From NCBI GenBank assembly GCA_046758845.1, contig JBHIBA010000001.1:1-61180 (forward strand): a DNA stretch of 61,180 bases, read 5' to 3'. Position numbers and translations under genes: made by a program. Shown one piece after another: positions 8,216 to 16,911 of this stretch. Source of the DNA: Nitrospinota bacterium (GTDB taxonomy: Bacteria; UBA8248; JACPRG01; G963555815). Position 1 is the first letter of the stretch. The number at the start of each line of letters is the position of its first letter. Below the pieces are notes generated by a model, which was not told the DNA's origin, ran no database searches, and saw nothing but the letters and a program-made list of their open reading frames with translations.

Positions 8216-8803
8216 TTATTGCCGTTTTTTGAGAGTCTCCAGGATCGCTTCGGTCTCGTCGACGCCATGGAATTTCTGTCTATCGACAATGTAAGTGGGC
8301 GTCCCATCGACGCCCAGGCTTATCCCCTGCTCTCTCAAACCGTCCAGCCCAGCGGCGTAGGTTTCGCCCTCCAGGGCCTCTCTCAGCGCCTGTCCATCCA
8401 AGCCAATCTTCTCGCCTAAGGAGATCAAGACCTCAGGGTCCGCGATATTCTTGTCTTCGTGGAACCGGGCACTGTAGACGGCATTCCGATAGGCCTCCAT
8501 GCGGCCTTGGTCGCGGGCAAACAGGGTCGCCTGGTGCGCACGCCGGGTGCGGCACTTGTTCTGTGGGAAAATCAGCGTCATGCCGTATTTCCCGGCCAGA
8601 ACTCTGTGCTTCGCAAGCCGCTGTTCCGCTTCTTCAGGGGTTGACTCCAGGAAGGGCACTCCTTCGGGCCGGCCCTCCCAAGGAATCCATCGCACCTTGA
8701 TTTCAGCCTCTTTTTCAATCTTCGCCATCCCGCCGAGGGCGATGTAACAAAAAGGTCAGGTGTAATCGGCGAACAGCAAGATTTCGCTTTGGCCAGAGGT
8801 CAT
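8216..8803 (-). CDS. FrnE/DsbA-family thiol oxidoreductase with in-frame TGA (candidate selenocysteine, U-P-F-C motif)
   Basis: The ORF track gives only 8216..8728. The same frame upstream reads ATG(8803..8801) TSGQSEILLFADYT-TGA(8758..8756)-PFCYIALGG-MAKIEKE.... The TGA sits at the first Cys of the DsbA CxxC motif. GGGAGAG lies 7 nt upstream of the new ATG. Confidence 0.7.
8726..8744 (-). promoter_or_regulatory. candidate SECIS-like hairpin downstream of UGA 8758..8756
   Basis: mRNA CAUCGCCCUCGGCGGGAUG starts exactly 11 nt 3' of the UGA. It is an imperfect GC-rich stem (CAUC/GAUG plus CC/GG or CGCC/GGCG alternatives). Less canonical than the one at 42357..42375. Confidence 0.35.
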
Positions 8804-8975
8804 TCGCAATCTCTCCCGCAGTTTCGTTTGTATCTTGAAACCCGCCCGACCCCGCAACGGATCTGTGACCGGGTCTCCGTGAGATCGGCTGTTCAGCAGA
8901 CGAAGCTCTTTTTACTCGCCGTCAAATTACCAAAATTCACCCAATGTGCCAATTGCTTACCCGGAGTTTTCCGCT

Positions 8976-9008
8976 AAAGAAAAAGGGCTGCGGCAATTCC
9001 CGCAACCC
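8976..9008 (-). terminator. intrinsic terminator downstream of tRNA-Ala
   Basis: On the minus strand: GGGUUGCGG-GAAUUG-CCGCAGCCC (9-bp stem with one G.U) followed by UUUUUCUUU. Confidence 0.6.
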
Positions 9009-9019
9009 CTTGAACTTCT

Positions 9020-9095
9020 TGGTGGAGCTGAGGGGGGTCGAACCCCTGACCTCATGACTGCCAGTCATGCGCTCTCCCAGCTGAGCTACAGCCCC
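9020..9095 (-). tRNA. tRNA-Ala (anticodon GGC), CCA encoded
   Basis: Reverse complement is GGGGCTGTAGCTCAGCTGGGAGAGCGCATGACTGGCAGTCATGAGGTCAGGGGTTCGACCCCCCTCAGCTCCACCA. Full cloverleaf, G3:U70 Ala identity pair, anticodon loop CTGGCAG. Confidence 0.95.
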
Positions 9096-9627
9096 GTATC
9101 GAACTCTGAATTTAGCACGCGGTGCGCGGGTTCGCAACGAAAAGGGAGAGGCGGAATTTCCGAAAAAAGCGCACTCGCGTAGGGTAATCACGACCGCGCG
9201 CTTTTGTCCGGCCGTAGATCCCGCCCGCGAAGGTTCGCTTGAGCCGGGGCGCGAGAGCCCGATACACTTCGGGGAACCCCGGTTATCCGTGATCAGCGAG
9301 GCCGTTGGCCATTCTTTTCTTTCCGATGGCCCATGGGCCGCGTTGTTCCCTTAGGTCCAGATTGCTATCATGAGCCCGAGCAATTCATCCAGCACCATGT
9401 CAAGCCAAGGCCCGGTAGGCGCGGACCGATTCGAATCGGGCGGGGATCGCGGCATAGAAAGTCTTGGCGGACGGCCCCTCGGCGAGCGCCTTGCCCCGGC
9501 GCAACCGAGGCACTCTTGAGTGATTCCCTTGTCTCCTCCTTCGGCCCGGGAAAGCCTGGGATGAGCGAAGGGAAGGCGGTCGAGCGGGAATTGGCCCTCA
9601 GAGATGCTTTGGATGAGGAGAACCGAG

Positions 9628-10554
9628 ATGATTCCGCTGACTCACATCAGCCATTACGCCTTGCGGGTGGCGGACGTGGAGCGCTCGATCCGGTTTTATT
9701 CGAACGTCGTGGGCATCGACCTGACGGAGCGCCGATCCAACGGAACGGCCTATATGAGACGCGGGCCGGATCATCACGTTCTGGCCTTGTACCCGTCGAA
9801 TTATAGGGAGCCCCTCGACCCGAAGATGACCGGCCTCCTCGGTCTCGACCACGTCGCCTTCGCCGTCCCCGACCGCTCGGCGGTAAATGACGCGGCCCGC
9901 ATCCTGAAAGACGCCGGGGCGAGGCTGCTCGGCGGTCCGACCGAATGGGACGAGCCGGGCGGCCCCTACGCGGCCCGATTCACCGACCCGGACGGGAACC
10001 GGATTGAAATCTGCACGGCAATGGCCCGGGTCATCGGAACGGAAATCCCCCATGTGGCCAAGCCCACCGGGTTCGGCCACCTGATCCTCCACGTTCAAGA
10101 TCCCAGCGAGACCGTAAATTTCTACACGGACGTATTGGGATTCCGGGTTTCGGACTGGGTCGCCGACTTCTTCGTATTCTTGAGATGCAATCCCGACCAC
10201 CATGCCGTGGGGTTGATCGACGGTCCGGCTCCGAGCATGAACCACGCGGGGTTCGAGGTCGCGGACATCGAGGCCGTCAAGAACGCGGCCGACATCGCCT
10301 GGAAGAACGGCGTCAAGTCCTTTTGGGGGATCGGGCGTCACGGCCCGGGCCACAACCTGTTCGTTTACTACCCGGACCCCGACGGGAACGTGATCGAGAT
10401 CTTCGCCGAGCTCGACCGGATTCACGACGAGGAGAACTACCGGCCGCAGACCTGGAGCCCGGAGGAGGCGGCCTGTGTATGGACGAACCACATCACCGAG
10501 CGGTTCGTCAAGGGCGTACAGTCCGTCGGCAGCGCCGTCAATCGGTTGGGTTAA
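9628..10554 (+). CDS. two-domain VOC-superfamily extradiol ring-cleavage dioxygenase (catechol 2,3-dioxygenase-like)
   Basis: Two glyoxalase/VOC modules (LTHISHYALRVADVERSIRFY... and GFGHLILHVQDPSETVNFY...) with a C-terminal HGPGHNLFVYYPDPDGNVIE. Start set at ATG 9628, with GAGGAG 7 nt upstream. Confidence 0.85.
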   Translation: MIPLTHISHYALRVADVERSIRFYSNVVGIDLTERRSNGTAYMRRGPDHHVLALYPSNYREPLDPKMTGLLGLDHVAFAVPDRSAVNDAARILKDAGARLLGGPTEWDEPGGPYAARFTDPDGNRIEICTAMARVIGTEIPHVAKPTGFGHLILHVQDPSETVNFYTDVLGFRVSDWVADFFVFLRCNPDHHAVGLIDGPAPSMNHAGFEVADIEAVKNAADIAWKNGVKSFWGIGRHGPGHNLFVYYPDPDGNVIEIFAELDRIHDEENYRPQTWSPEEAACVWTNHITERFVKGVQSVGSAVNRLG

Positions 10555-10664
10555 ACGCCGCTCAGTCGAAGGAGAGGGAACGGCTGAGGTTTCCCGGGCG
10601 AAACGGCAGTCGCCTCGTCGGGTCGTCCATGACGGAATCGAGAATCTGAGGAAGGAGAAATCGC

Positions 10665-11222
10665 ATGTTCGAGCAGATGGAGCGCTTTATTCAGGATGTG
10701 GGAGGCATCGTCCGCGAAGGCGGCGCGGAGGAGGAGGTGACCGCGAAGGTGGCCGATCGGATGAAGGGGTTGACGGATATTCCGGACCTCATCGATCTAA
10801 AGCACATGCGGACCAAGAGGGGAAGTTATGTTCTCCGTCCAGTCCACGTCGCCGAGGATGGCAGCTTCTCCATCGCAGCGGCTGTTTGGGATGTGGGCCA
10901 GATCACCCCCATCCACGACCACGGCACTTGGGGTGTGATCGGCATCTATCAGGGCGTGGAGCACGAAGAGCGTTTCGCCAAACGGGAAGGCAACCCGCCG
11001 GGGCAGACCGCGGCGCTCCAGTGCATCGGCGTGAAGGATTGGCGTCCCGGAGAGGTCTTCGTTTGCTGCACGTCGGATCACGACATCCACCGGGTCAGTT
11101 GCGGTTCGGACGTACCCTGCGTCGGGATACACGTCTATGGCGCGGATATCGGCGTGATGGAACGCCGCGCCTACGACCCTGAAACAGGAGAAGTCAAGCC
11201 GTTCGTCTCAGGATGGGATTGA
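10665..11222 (+). CDS. cysteine dioxygenase type I-like cupin protein
   Basis: 185 aa. Cupin core with ITPIHDHGTWGVIGIYQGVEHEERF ... HDIHRV typical of bacterial CDO-like proteins. GGAAGGAG RBS. Confidence 0.7.
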   Translation: MFEQMERFIQDVGGIVREGGAEEEVTAKVADRMKGLTDIPDLIDLKHMRTKRGSYVLRPVHVAEDGSFSIAAAVWDVGQITPIHDHGTWGVIGIYQGVEHEERFAKREGNPPGQTAALQCIGVKDWRPGEVFVCCTSDHDIHRVSCGSDVPCVGIHVYGADIGVMERRAYDPETGEVKPFVSGWD

Positions 11223-11272
11223 GTTCGGGAAAAATCTCGCGAGAACAAGGCGTCGTTGGGAGAAAGCCGGTC

Positions 11273-12064
11273 ATGGCAAAAGGACGGAACCCTTTGGACG
11301 CGACGGCTGATTCGGACCACTGGATTCACATCGAAAAAAGCCCGCGCCGTTTGCGCGTGGTCTTCGGCGGTGAGACCATCGCCGACAGCAAGCGCGTCCT
11401 GTTACTGCGGGAAGCGAATCGCATCCCGGTCTATTACTTCCCAATGGAAGACGTCCGCACTGACTTGCTGGCGGAAAGCGGGCAAATCGCCGACCATCCC
11501 CACAGAGGAATCGCGTCTTTCTGGACGGTCAAGGCGGATGAGAAAGATGCCGAGCGTGCGATCTGGAGCTATTCCGACCCCTCGCCCGAATGCGCCGCCG
11601 TCAAGGGTCACGTGGCGTTTGAGTGGGACAAGATGGACGCATGGTACGAAGAAGACGAAGAGGTGTTCGTCCATCCCCGGGACCCGTACAAACGGGTCGA
11701 TGTCCTGCGAAGCTCCCGCCACGTCGGCGTCGTCGTTGCCGGCGAAACCGTCGCGGAAACCCGCCGTCCCCGGCTCCTGTTTGAAACCGGCCTCCCGACC
11801 CGCTATTACATTCCCCAGGAAGACGTCCGAGCGGACCTACTCGAGCCGAGCATGACGACGTCGAGTTGCCCCTATAAAGGGGATGCGCGCTACTGGTCAG
11901 TCAAGGTCGGCGACAAAATTGTGGAAGACATCGTCTGGAGTTATCCGGACCCGATCCCCGAATGCACCAAGATCAAGGGGTTGCTCTGCTTTTTCAACGA
12001 GCGGGTGGATGCCACTTACGTGGACGGCGATCGGTTGCCCGCGCCCAAAACCCCCTGGTCGTAG
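11273..12064 (+). CDS. tandem DUF427 domain protein
   Basis: Two repeats of the DUF427 pattern (...VYYFPMEDVRTDLL...HRGIASFWTV... and ...RYYIPQEDVRADLL...CPYKGDARYWSV...). Start moved to ATG 11273, with GGGAGAAAG upstream. Confidence 0.75.
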   Translation: MAKGRNPLDATADSDHWIHIEKSPRRLRVVFGGETIADSKRVLLLREANRIPVYYFPMEDVRTDLLAESGQIADHPHRGIASFWTVKADEKDAERAIWSYSDPSPECAAVKGHVAFEWDKMDAWYEEDEEVFVHPRDPYKRVDVLRSSRHVGVVVAGETVAETRRPRLLFETGLPTRYYIPQEDVRADLLEPSMTTSSCPYKGDARYWSVKVGDKIVEDIVWSYPDPIPECTKIKGLLCFFNERVDATYVDGDRLPAPKTPWS

Positions 12065-12187
12065 CTCCGGCGAGACACGGCGGCTTTTGACGAGTGAAGA
12101 CCTTCCTGTTACTACGGGGAGCGGTTAGTGCTCGACACCTCAATCATCTATTGCTTCCCTGAGTAGCTGCCCAACTTCCGTTGACCT

Positions 12188-12523
12188 TCACTTAAGGGAT
12201 GGTTTTCTACTCGAAGCATTCTTTCCCCAGCGAAGGGCAACAATCACGCATCCCGTTTCGTAGAGTTCCTCGCCGAGAAAGATCCCTGCAAAAATCAGGA
12301 GCCATCCCTTGGCCCAAAACACCCCTGCGGCCAGTAAACCCATGGCGATTGCGACGATCTCTCCTCGGATGCCGCGTACCAGCCATAGGGATCCGGAGGG
12401 ATGACCGGAATTCCGAAGGCCCTTGAAGAAAAGCCGGGTTCCACGCCAGGCCGAGGCGACCGCAAGGGTCGAGAGAAGGAAGGCGAGGATCAGGTTAGTT
12501 GGCGGTTCGTAAATAAATTCCAT
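12188..12523 (-). CDS. small membrane protein, unknown function
   Basis: Internal Met of the 166-aa ORF. MEFIYEPPTNLILAFLLSTLAVASAW... has 3 hydrophobic segments. The upstream part of the long ORF overlaps the ICMT-like gene in another frame. Confidence 0.45.
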   Translation of the reverse strand: MEFIYEPPTNLILAFLLSTLAVASAWRGTRLFFKGLRNSGHPSGSLWLVRGIRGEIVAIAMGLLAAGVFWAKGWLLIFAGIFLGEELYETGCVIVALRWGKNASSRKPSLK

Positions 12524-12552
12524 TTTCTTACGAGTTCCAAGGCAAAATTCCC

Positions 12553-13023
12553 TTAGAGCCACCGCCGCACAGTGGCTTTGTAACGTCGGTATTCCTCCCC
12601 GAACCTTCTTTCCAGGTAACGCTCCTCCCGGGCGATTACTCCGTAATGCATCACGGCGAGGGTCGGGACGAGCAGCCCCAAAATCCAAAGATTGTCTGTC
12701 ACAATCCCAATCCCGACGTAGAGAAGGCTTAACGACAGATAGGACGGGTTGCGGGAGAAACGGAAGGGGCCGCCGGTGATAAGCGCGGTGGTTGGCTTGT
12801 ACAAACTAAAATTGGTGCGAGCCCTGCGGAATTGGGGGAGGGTATAAGCAACGATAACCGCACTGAGGCCAATCAGGGCGAATCCGCCGGTGTATTGGAC
12901 GCCATCCGGAAAGACTGCGATCGGCCAAAGGTAATCGAGCGCCAGGCCAATCAAGAGAAACCCGAGATAGAGGAACGGCGGCGGGGCGATGACACCGGCC
13001 GTATCCTTCTCATCCTGTGCCAT
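12553..13023 (-). CDS. isoprenylcysteine carboxyl / phospholipid methyltransferase (ICMT/PEMT) family membrane protein
   Basis: 156 aa. LITGGPFRFSRNPSYLSLSLLYVG...VIAREERYLERRFGEEYRRYKATVRRWL is the ICMT-family signature. Confidence 0.8.
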   Translation of the reverse strand: MAQDEKDTAGVIAPPPFLYLGFLLIGLALDYLWPIAVFPDGVQYTGGFALIGLSAVIVAYTLPQFRRARTNFSLYKPTTALITGGPFRFSRNPSYLSLSLLYVGIGIVTDNLWILGLLVPTLAVMHYGVIAREERYLERRFGEEYRRYKATVRRWL

Positions 13024-13127
13024 TGTCGGACCTCCTGCATGCGTTTCGCCAAAATGCGGATTTCGGCCTCAAAGGGGCCTTTCTCTCCCGCCTTTCATGC
13101 GATAACAGGCCTCGGCTCAAACTTCCC

Positions 13128-13727
13128 TCACGCTTCCCGAAGGGCCTGCCGTACAGTGAGGCGGGCCCGATGAAGTCTGGACTTCACGGCGGCCACCGAG
13201 ATGCCGAGGATCTCCGCCGTCTCGGCGGCGCTTCGCCCTTCCACGTCCCGGAGAGTGAGGGCGGCCCGGTAGTTCTCTGGGAGGGCGTCCACGGCCTGCC
13301 AGAGACGTTCGGTCTCCTGGCGGGTCTGAATTTGTCGCGAAGGGTCGTGCGTCTCGTCGGGAACTTCGCGCTGTCTTCTTATTTGTTCCGCCTCCCAGAG
13401 TTGATCCAGTGAGTGGACTTCATCCGGCTTGGGCTCGGCCTTTCGCCGGCGTTGGGCACTCAGGAACACGTTCGTTGCGATTCGGTAAAGCCATGTCCCG
13501 AGCTTGGCCTGGCCCCGGAAGTTCCCGATCGATCGAACCGCTCTCAGGAACGTCTCTTGGAGCATGTCCTCGGCGTCCGCCTTGTCTTGCGTCAGACGGA
13601 AGACGTAGTTGTAAAGCCTTTTGCCATAGCCATCCACGAGCTCGGAGAAGGCGGTCTCCTCGCCGGCCTGAAGCCTTTCCAGCAGCGCATCATCAAAAGT
13701 GACCGGCTGCGCCGTGACCGTTGTCAT
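13128..13727 (-). CDS. ECF-type RNA polymerase sigma-70 factor
   Basis: Region 2 (DAEDMLQETFLRAVRSIGNFRGQAKLGTWLYRIATNV) and region 4 (LPENYRAALTLRDVEGRSAAETAEILGISVAAVKSRLHRAR). Confidence 0.9.
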   Translation of the reverse strand: MTTVTAQPVTFDDALLERLQAGEETAFSELVDGYGKRLYNYVFRLTQDKADAEDMLQETFLRAVRSIGNFRGQAKLGTWLYRIATNVFLSAQRRRKAEPKPDEVHSLDQLWEAEQIRRQREVPDETHDPSRQIQTRQETERLWQAVDALPENYRAALTLRDVEGRSAAETAEILGISVAAVKSRLHRARLTVRQALREA

Positions 13728-13766
13728 CCCAATTCCCTTTCTTTGCCCGAGTTGACGCCAAGGACC

Positions 13767-16700
13767 CTAGGTCGAGACCGGCATGTCGGGAGCCGTTCTT
13801 TTGTCAACTCGCCGCCCCCGACGAATCATCAAGAGATAGGCCGAGGGCGCGAAGTACAGTCCCAGGAGGGTCGCCCCAGTGATACCTCCCGCGATGGAGA
13901 TGGCGAGCGGCGTCCAGAATCCACTCCCGGCCAAAAGCAGTGGCGTAAAGCCCGCCATGGTCGTCACCGAGGTGGAGAGGACGTGACGCGTGGATCGAAC
14001 CACCACTTCGCGCACCTCTTTCGGGTCTCCCTGGCGAGCCCGAGAATTCTCGCGGATAGCGGCGAGGACGACGATGGAGTCGTTGACGGCAACCCCCACC
14101 AGGCCCATGGTGCCGACGATCGCCATGAACCCGAAGGGGTAGCCGAACAGCCACAAGGAGAGGAGGGCGAGGCCGACGGAAAGTCCGCCGACCGAGGCAA
14201 TGATGCCCGCCGCGCGGAATGAGTTGAAGGACAGCACCAGCGTGCCGGCCATCAGGACAAGGAGAACCCCTGCTGAGGCCATCAAGTTCCCCACCGCTGT
14301 GTCCCGCTCTTCGGATTCTCCACCGACTTCCATCTTGTAGCCGGGGGGCAGTTCGAGACGGCTGGCTTCCAGTCCTTTCTTGAATTCGCCAAGCACCTTG
14401 GCCGGCAGCACGCCCGGGCGGATGAAGCCCTGGACCGTGTTGGTGCGGACTCCTTTTCGACGAGGAATCGTCGCCAGGTCGGGCAGGAGCCGGAGTTGGC
14501 CGACGGCTTGGATCGGAATCAGGGAGGGTTCGGCGCCGGCGCCCGGCCGAAAATCAGCGGGCAAGAGGTCGAGGGATGCGATCTCTTTCAGGTCTCCCCG
14601 GTGAGCATTGGAAAGGCGAACCCGCACGGGAAGCTCTTCGGAAGCCTCTATTAGAGACCCCCCGACGGTGCCTTCCAAGACATGGTTGAGTTGGCGAGCC
14701 ACCCCTACGTTGTCGAGCCCGGCCAGGCGCGCTCCCTCCTCGTCGATCCGGAACCAGAGCTTGGGCTGCCCGTCGGTGAGGGTGGCGCGGGTGTGGATCA
14801 CGTCGGATATTTGGGCCAGCTGCGCCCGGACCGCCTCCCCCAGCTCCCGCAATCGCTCTAAGTCCGGACCGGAGATGTGCAACTCGACGGGAGCCTCGAA
14901 GGGGGGGCCCTGCTCGAATTGCCGCACGATCACCTGTGCCGCCGGGAGGACCTCATCGAGTTCCTCTTGGAGGAGGTCGGTGAGTCGTTGCGACTCTTGA
15001 TGGGAGCTCAGGTTGACCACCCCCTGGGCGTAGAAGGCCGAATCGTCTTGGCCCGTCATCATGTTGTAGTAGAACTTGGGGGCGCTCCCCCCCACGAACC
15101 AGTGGACATTCGTCACCTCCGGGTGACCCAGGATGAGCTCGCGCGCCCGAAGGGCATACGCCTGCGTCTGCGCCAGAGAGGCCTGGGAGGGCAGGCGCAG
15201 CTCGATCTGCAACTGGTCGCGGTCAGCCGGGGGGAAGAACTGTTCCTCGAGCTTCGAGCCTTGGACAAATCCAACCACCGGCAGCACCAGGGCGATGAGA
15301 ACCCCCAGCAGGGGGCGCGAGAAGACCCCGTCCAGCGTCCGGCGGTAAAGACCGGTCAGGGCCGGGTGGGACAGCCCTGTGCGCCACCAAGCCGGCCGAA
15401 GGGAAGCCGCCTTGCGACGATTTATCCATCCCGTCAGCGCGGGAACGATGGTCAGCGCGACGAACAGAGAGCTGAAAAGGGCGAGGCTCACGCTGATCCC
15501 GATCGAGCCCACGAACTCGCCCGCCCCGCCCGGCATCAGCACCAACGGCATGAAGGCCAGGACGGTCGTGGCGGTCGAGCCCAGGAGCGGGATGGCGAGG
15601 TGTCGGACGCTTTGGGCAACGGCGCGCGCGGGGGCCATCCTTCCCCTGAGCCGTGCGGAGACGTCATCGACCATGATGATGGCGTTATCGATCAACAGGC
15701 CCAGGGCGATGATCAGACCCGTCACCGACATCTGATGGAGTGGAACGCCCAGGAGCTTCATCCCCGCCAGGACCATGAGGCTTGAGAGGGGCAGGACTGA
15801 GCCCACCAGCAAGGCCGACCTCCAGCCCATCATGAAGAGGATCACGATCACCACCAGGAGAGCGCCGAAGAGCAGGTTCACCTGAAGGGTGTTCAGGCGC
15901 GATTCCACGTATCGGCTCTGGTCGAAGACGACCTGAAGACCGATACCGCGCGGAACACGCTCCCGGAATTCTCCGAGCGTCTCGCGGGCCTGCCGGCTCC
16001 AGAGATCGACCCGATAGCCGGGTTCCATGCGGGCCGCCACGGCCACGGCGGGCTTGCCGTCGAGGATGGCCAGGTCAGAAGGGGGGTCGGCGCTGGTCTT
16101 CCTCACCGTTGAAATATCGCCCAGCCGGACCGCTTGGCCCTGCGCCCCGTGGAGGATGAGGAGTTGGTTGACGCGATCGAGGGAATCCAGCTCCCCTTCG
16201 ACCTCGATGAGCAGGTCGTTCCTGAAGCCGCGGAGCCTCCCCGCCGGCACCTTGGCGTCACTTTGAACAATCTTCCTGGTGACCTCCTCCGGTGTGAGAC
16301 CCAGACGGGCGAGCCGATAGGCGTCCACCTCGACGAGGATTTCCTCGGCGGGGTCCCCGAACCGTTTGGTTTGCTTCGTGCCCGGGATGGAGCGCAGGTG
16401 ATGTTCGAGATCTTTGGCCAATCGGCGAAGGACCCCGTAGGAGACCGGGGGGCTCAATTCCCAGGTGAGCCCGGCGATGAGCGTATAGGCGTCGATTTCC
16501 GTGTCCGTATCGTTGAACTCGGGTTCCTGGGCCCCCTGGGGAAGGTCTGGAGAGACGTCCCGGAGCTTGTCGCGAACGCGCGACCATACCTCTTCAACCT
16601 CCACGACCTCCTCTTTCAGCTCGATCCCCACGACGGAAATGCCCGCCCGTGAGGAGGAGACCAGTTGCTTGACCTCTTCGATCTCTTTCAGCTTCTCCTC

Positions 16701-16895
16701 GATCTTCTCGGTCACCAGGGATTCCACCCGCTCGGCGCTGGCGCCGGGATAGCGCGTCATGACAAAGGCTGCCCGTTGGATCAGTTGGGGGTCTTCCATA
16801 CGCGGAAGGAGTCGGTAGGCGGAGAGTCCCGATACGAGAATCAGGAAGACGGTCAGGACGAGAAGCCGCGGATTGCGGTAATAGAGATTCCACAT
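13767..16895 (-). CDS. RND-family efflux transporter permease (AcrB/HAE-type)
   Basis: ~1040 aa with 12-TM RND architecture. Start set at Met51 (MWNLYYRNPRLLVLTVFLILV), just after the MFP stop. Full ORF is 13767..17045. Confidence 0.9.
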   Translation of the reverse strand: MWNLYYRNPRLLVLTVFLILVSGLSAYRLLPRMEDPQLIQRAAFVMTRYPGASAERVESLVTEKIEEKLKEIEEVKQLVSSSRAGISVVGIELKEEVVEVEEVWSRVRDKLRDVSPDLPQGAQEPEFNDTDTEIDAYTLIAGLTWELSPPVSYGVLRRLAKDLEHHLRSIPGTKQTKRFGDPAEEILVEVDAYRLARLGLTPEEVTRKIVQSDAKVPAGRLRGFRNDLLIEVEGELDSLDRVNQLLILHGAQGQAVRLGDISTVRKTSADPPSDLAILDGKPAVAVAARMEPGYRVDLWSRQARETLGEFRERVPRGIGLQVVFDQSRYVESRLNTLQVNLLFGALLVVIVILFMMGWRSALLVGSVLPLSSLMVLAGMKLLGVPLHQMSVTGLIIALGLLIDNAIIMVDDVSARLRGRMAPARAVAQSVRHLAIPLLGSTATTVLAFMPLVLMPGGAGEFVGSIGISVSLALFSSLFVALTIVPALTGWINRRKAASLRPAWWRTGLSHPALTGLYRRTLDGVFSRPLLGVLIALVLPVVGFVQGSKLEEQFFPPADRDQLQIELRLPSQASLAQTQAYALRARELILGHPEVTNVHWFVGGSAPKFYYNMMTGQDDSAFYAQGVVNLSSHQESQRLTDLLQEELDEVLPAAQVIVRQFEQGPPFEAPVELHISGPDLERLRELGEAVRAQLAQISDVIHTRATLTDGQPKLWFRIDEEGARLAGLDNVGVARQLNHVLEGTVGGSLIEASEELPVRVRLSNAHRGDLKEIASLDLLPADFRPGAGAEPSLIPIQAVGQLRLLPDLATIPRRKGVRTNTVQGFIRPGVLPAKVLGEFKKGLEASRLELPPGYKMEVGGESEERDTAVGNLMASAGVLLVLMAGTLVLSFNSFRAAGIIASVGGLSVGLALLSLWLFGYPFGFMAIVGTMGLVGVAVNDSIVVLAAIRENSRARQGDPKEVREVVVRSTRHVLSTSVTTMAGFTPLLLAGSGFWTPLAISIAGGITGATLLGLYFAPSAYLLMIRRGRRVDKRTAPDMPVST

Positions 16896-16911
16896 GAGGC
16901 CGGCCCCCCCT

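Noticed and set aside
8756-8758. Explaining the in-frame TGAs (here and at 42343..42345) by an alternative genetic code (UGA=Trp/Gly) or as trivial nonsense pseudogenes
   Set aside because: TGA is used as the stop of many well-supported genes here (e.g. 3446..3448, 55914..55916, 54442..54444), so the code is standard. A pseudogene cannot be fully excluded. However, two independent hits on the same catalytic Cys codon, each with a hairpin at +11 nt, argue for Sec recoding.
9333-9806. 157-aa plus-strand ORF between tRNA-Ala and the dioxygenase
   Set aside because: It is Arg/Pro/Gly-rich and runs into the dioxygenase gene in another frame. It has no RBS or motifs. The 9100..9600 region was left unannotated.
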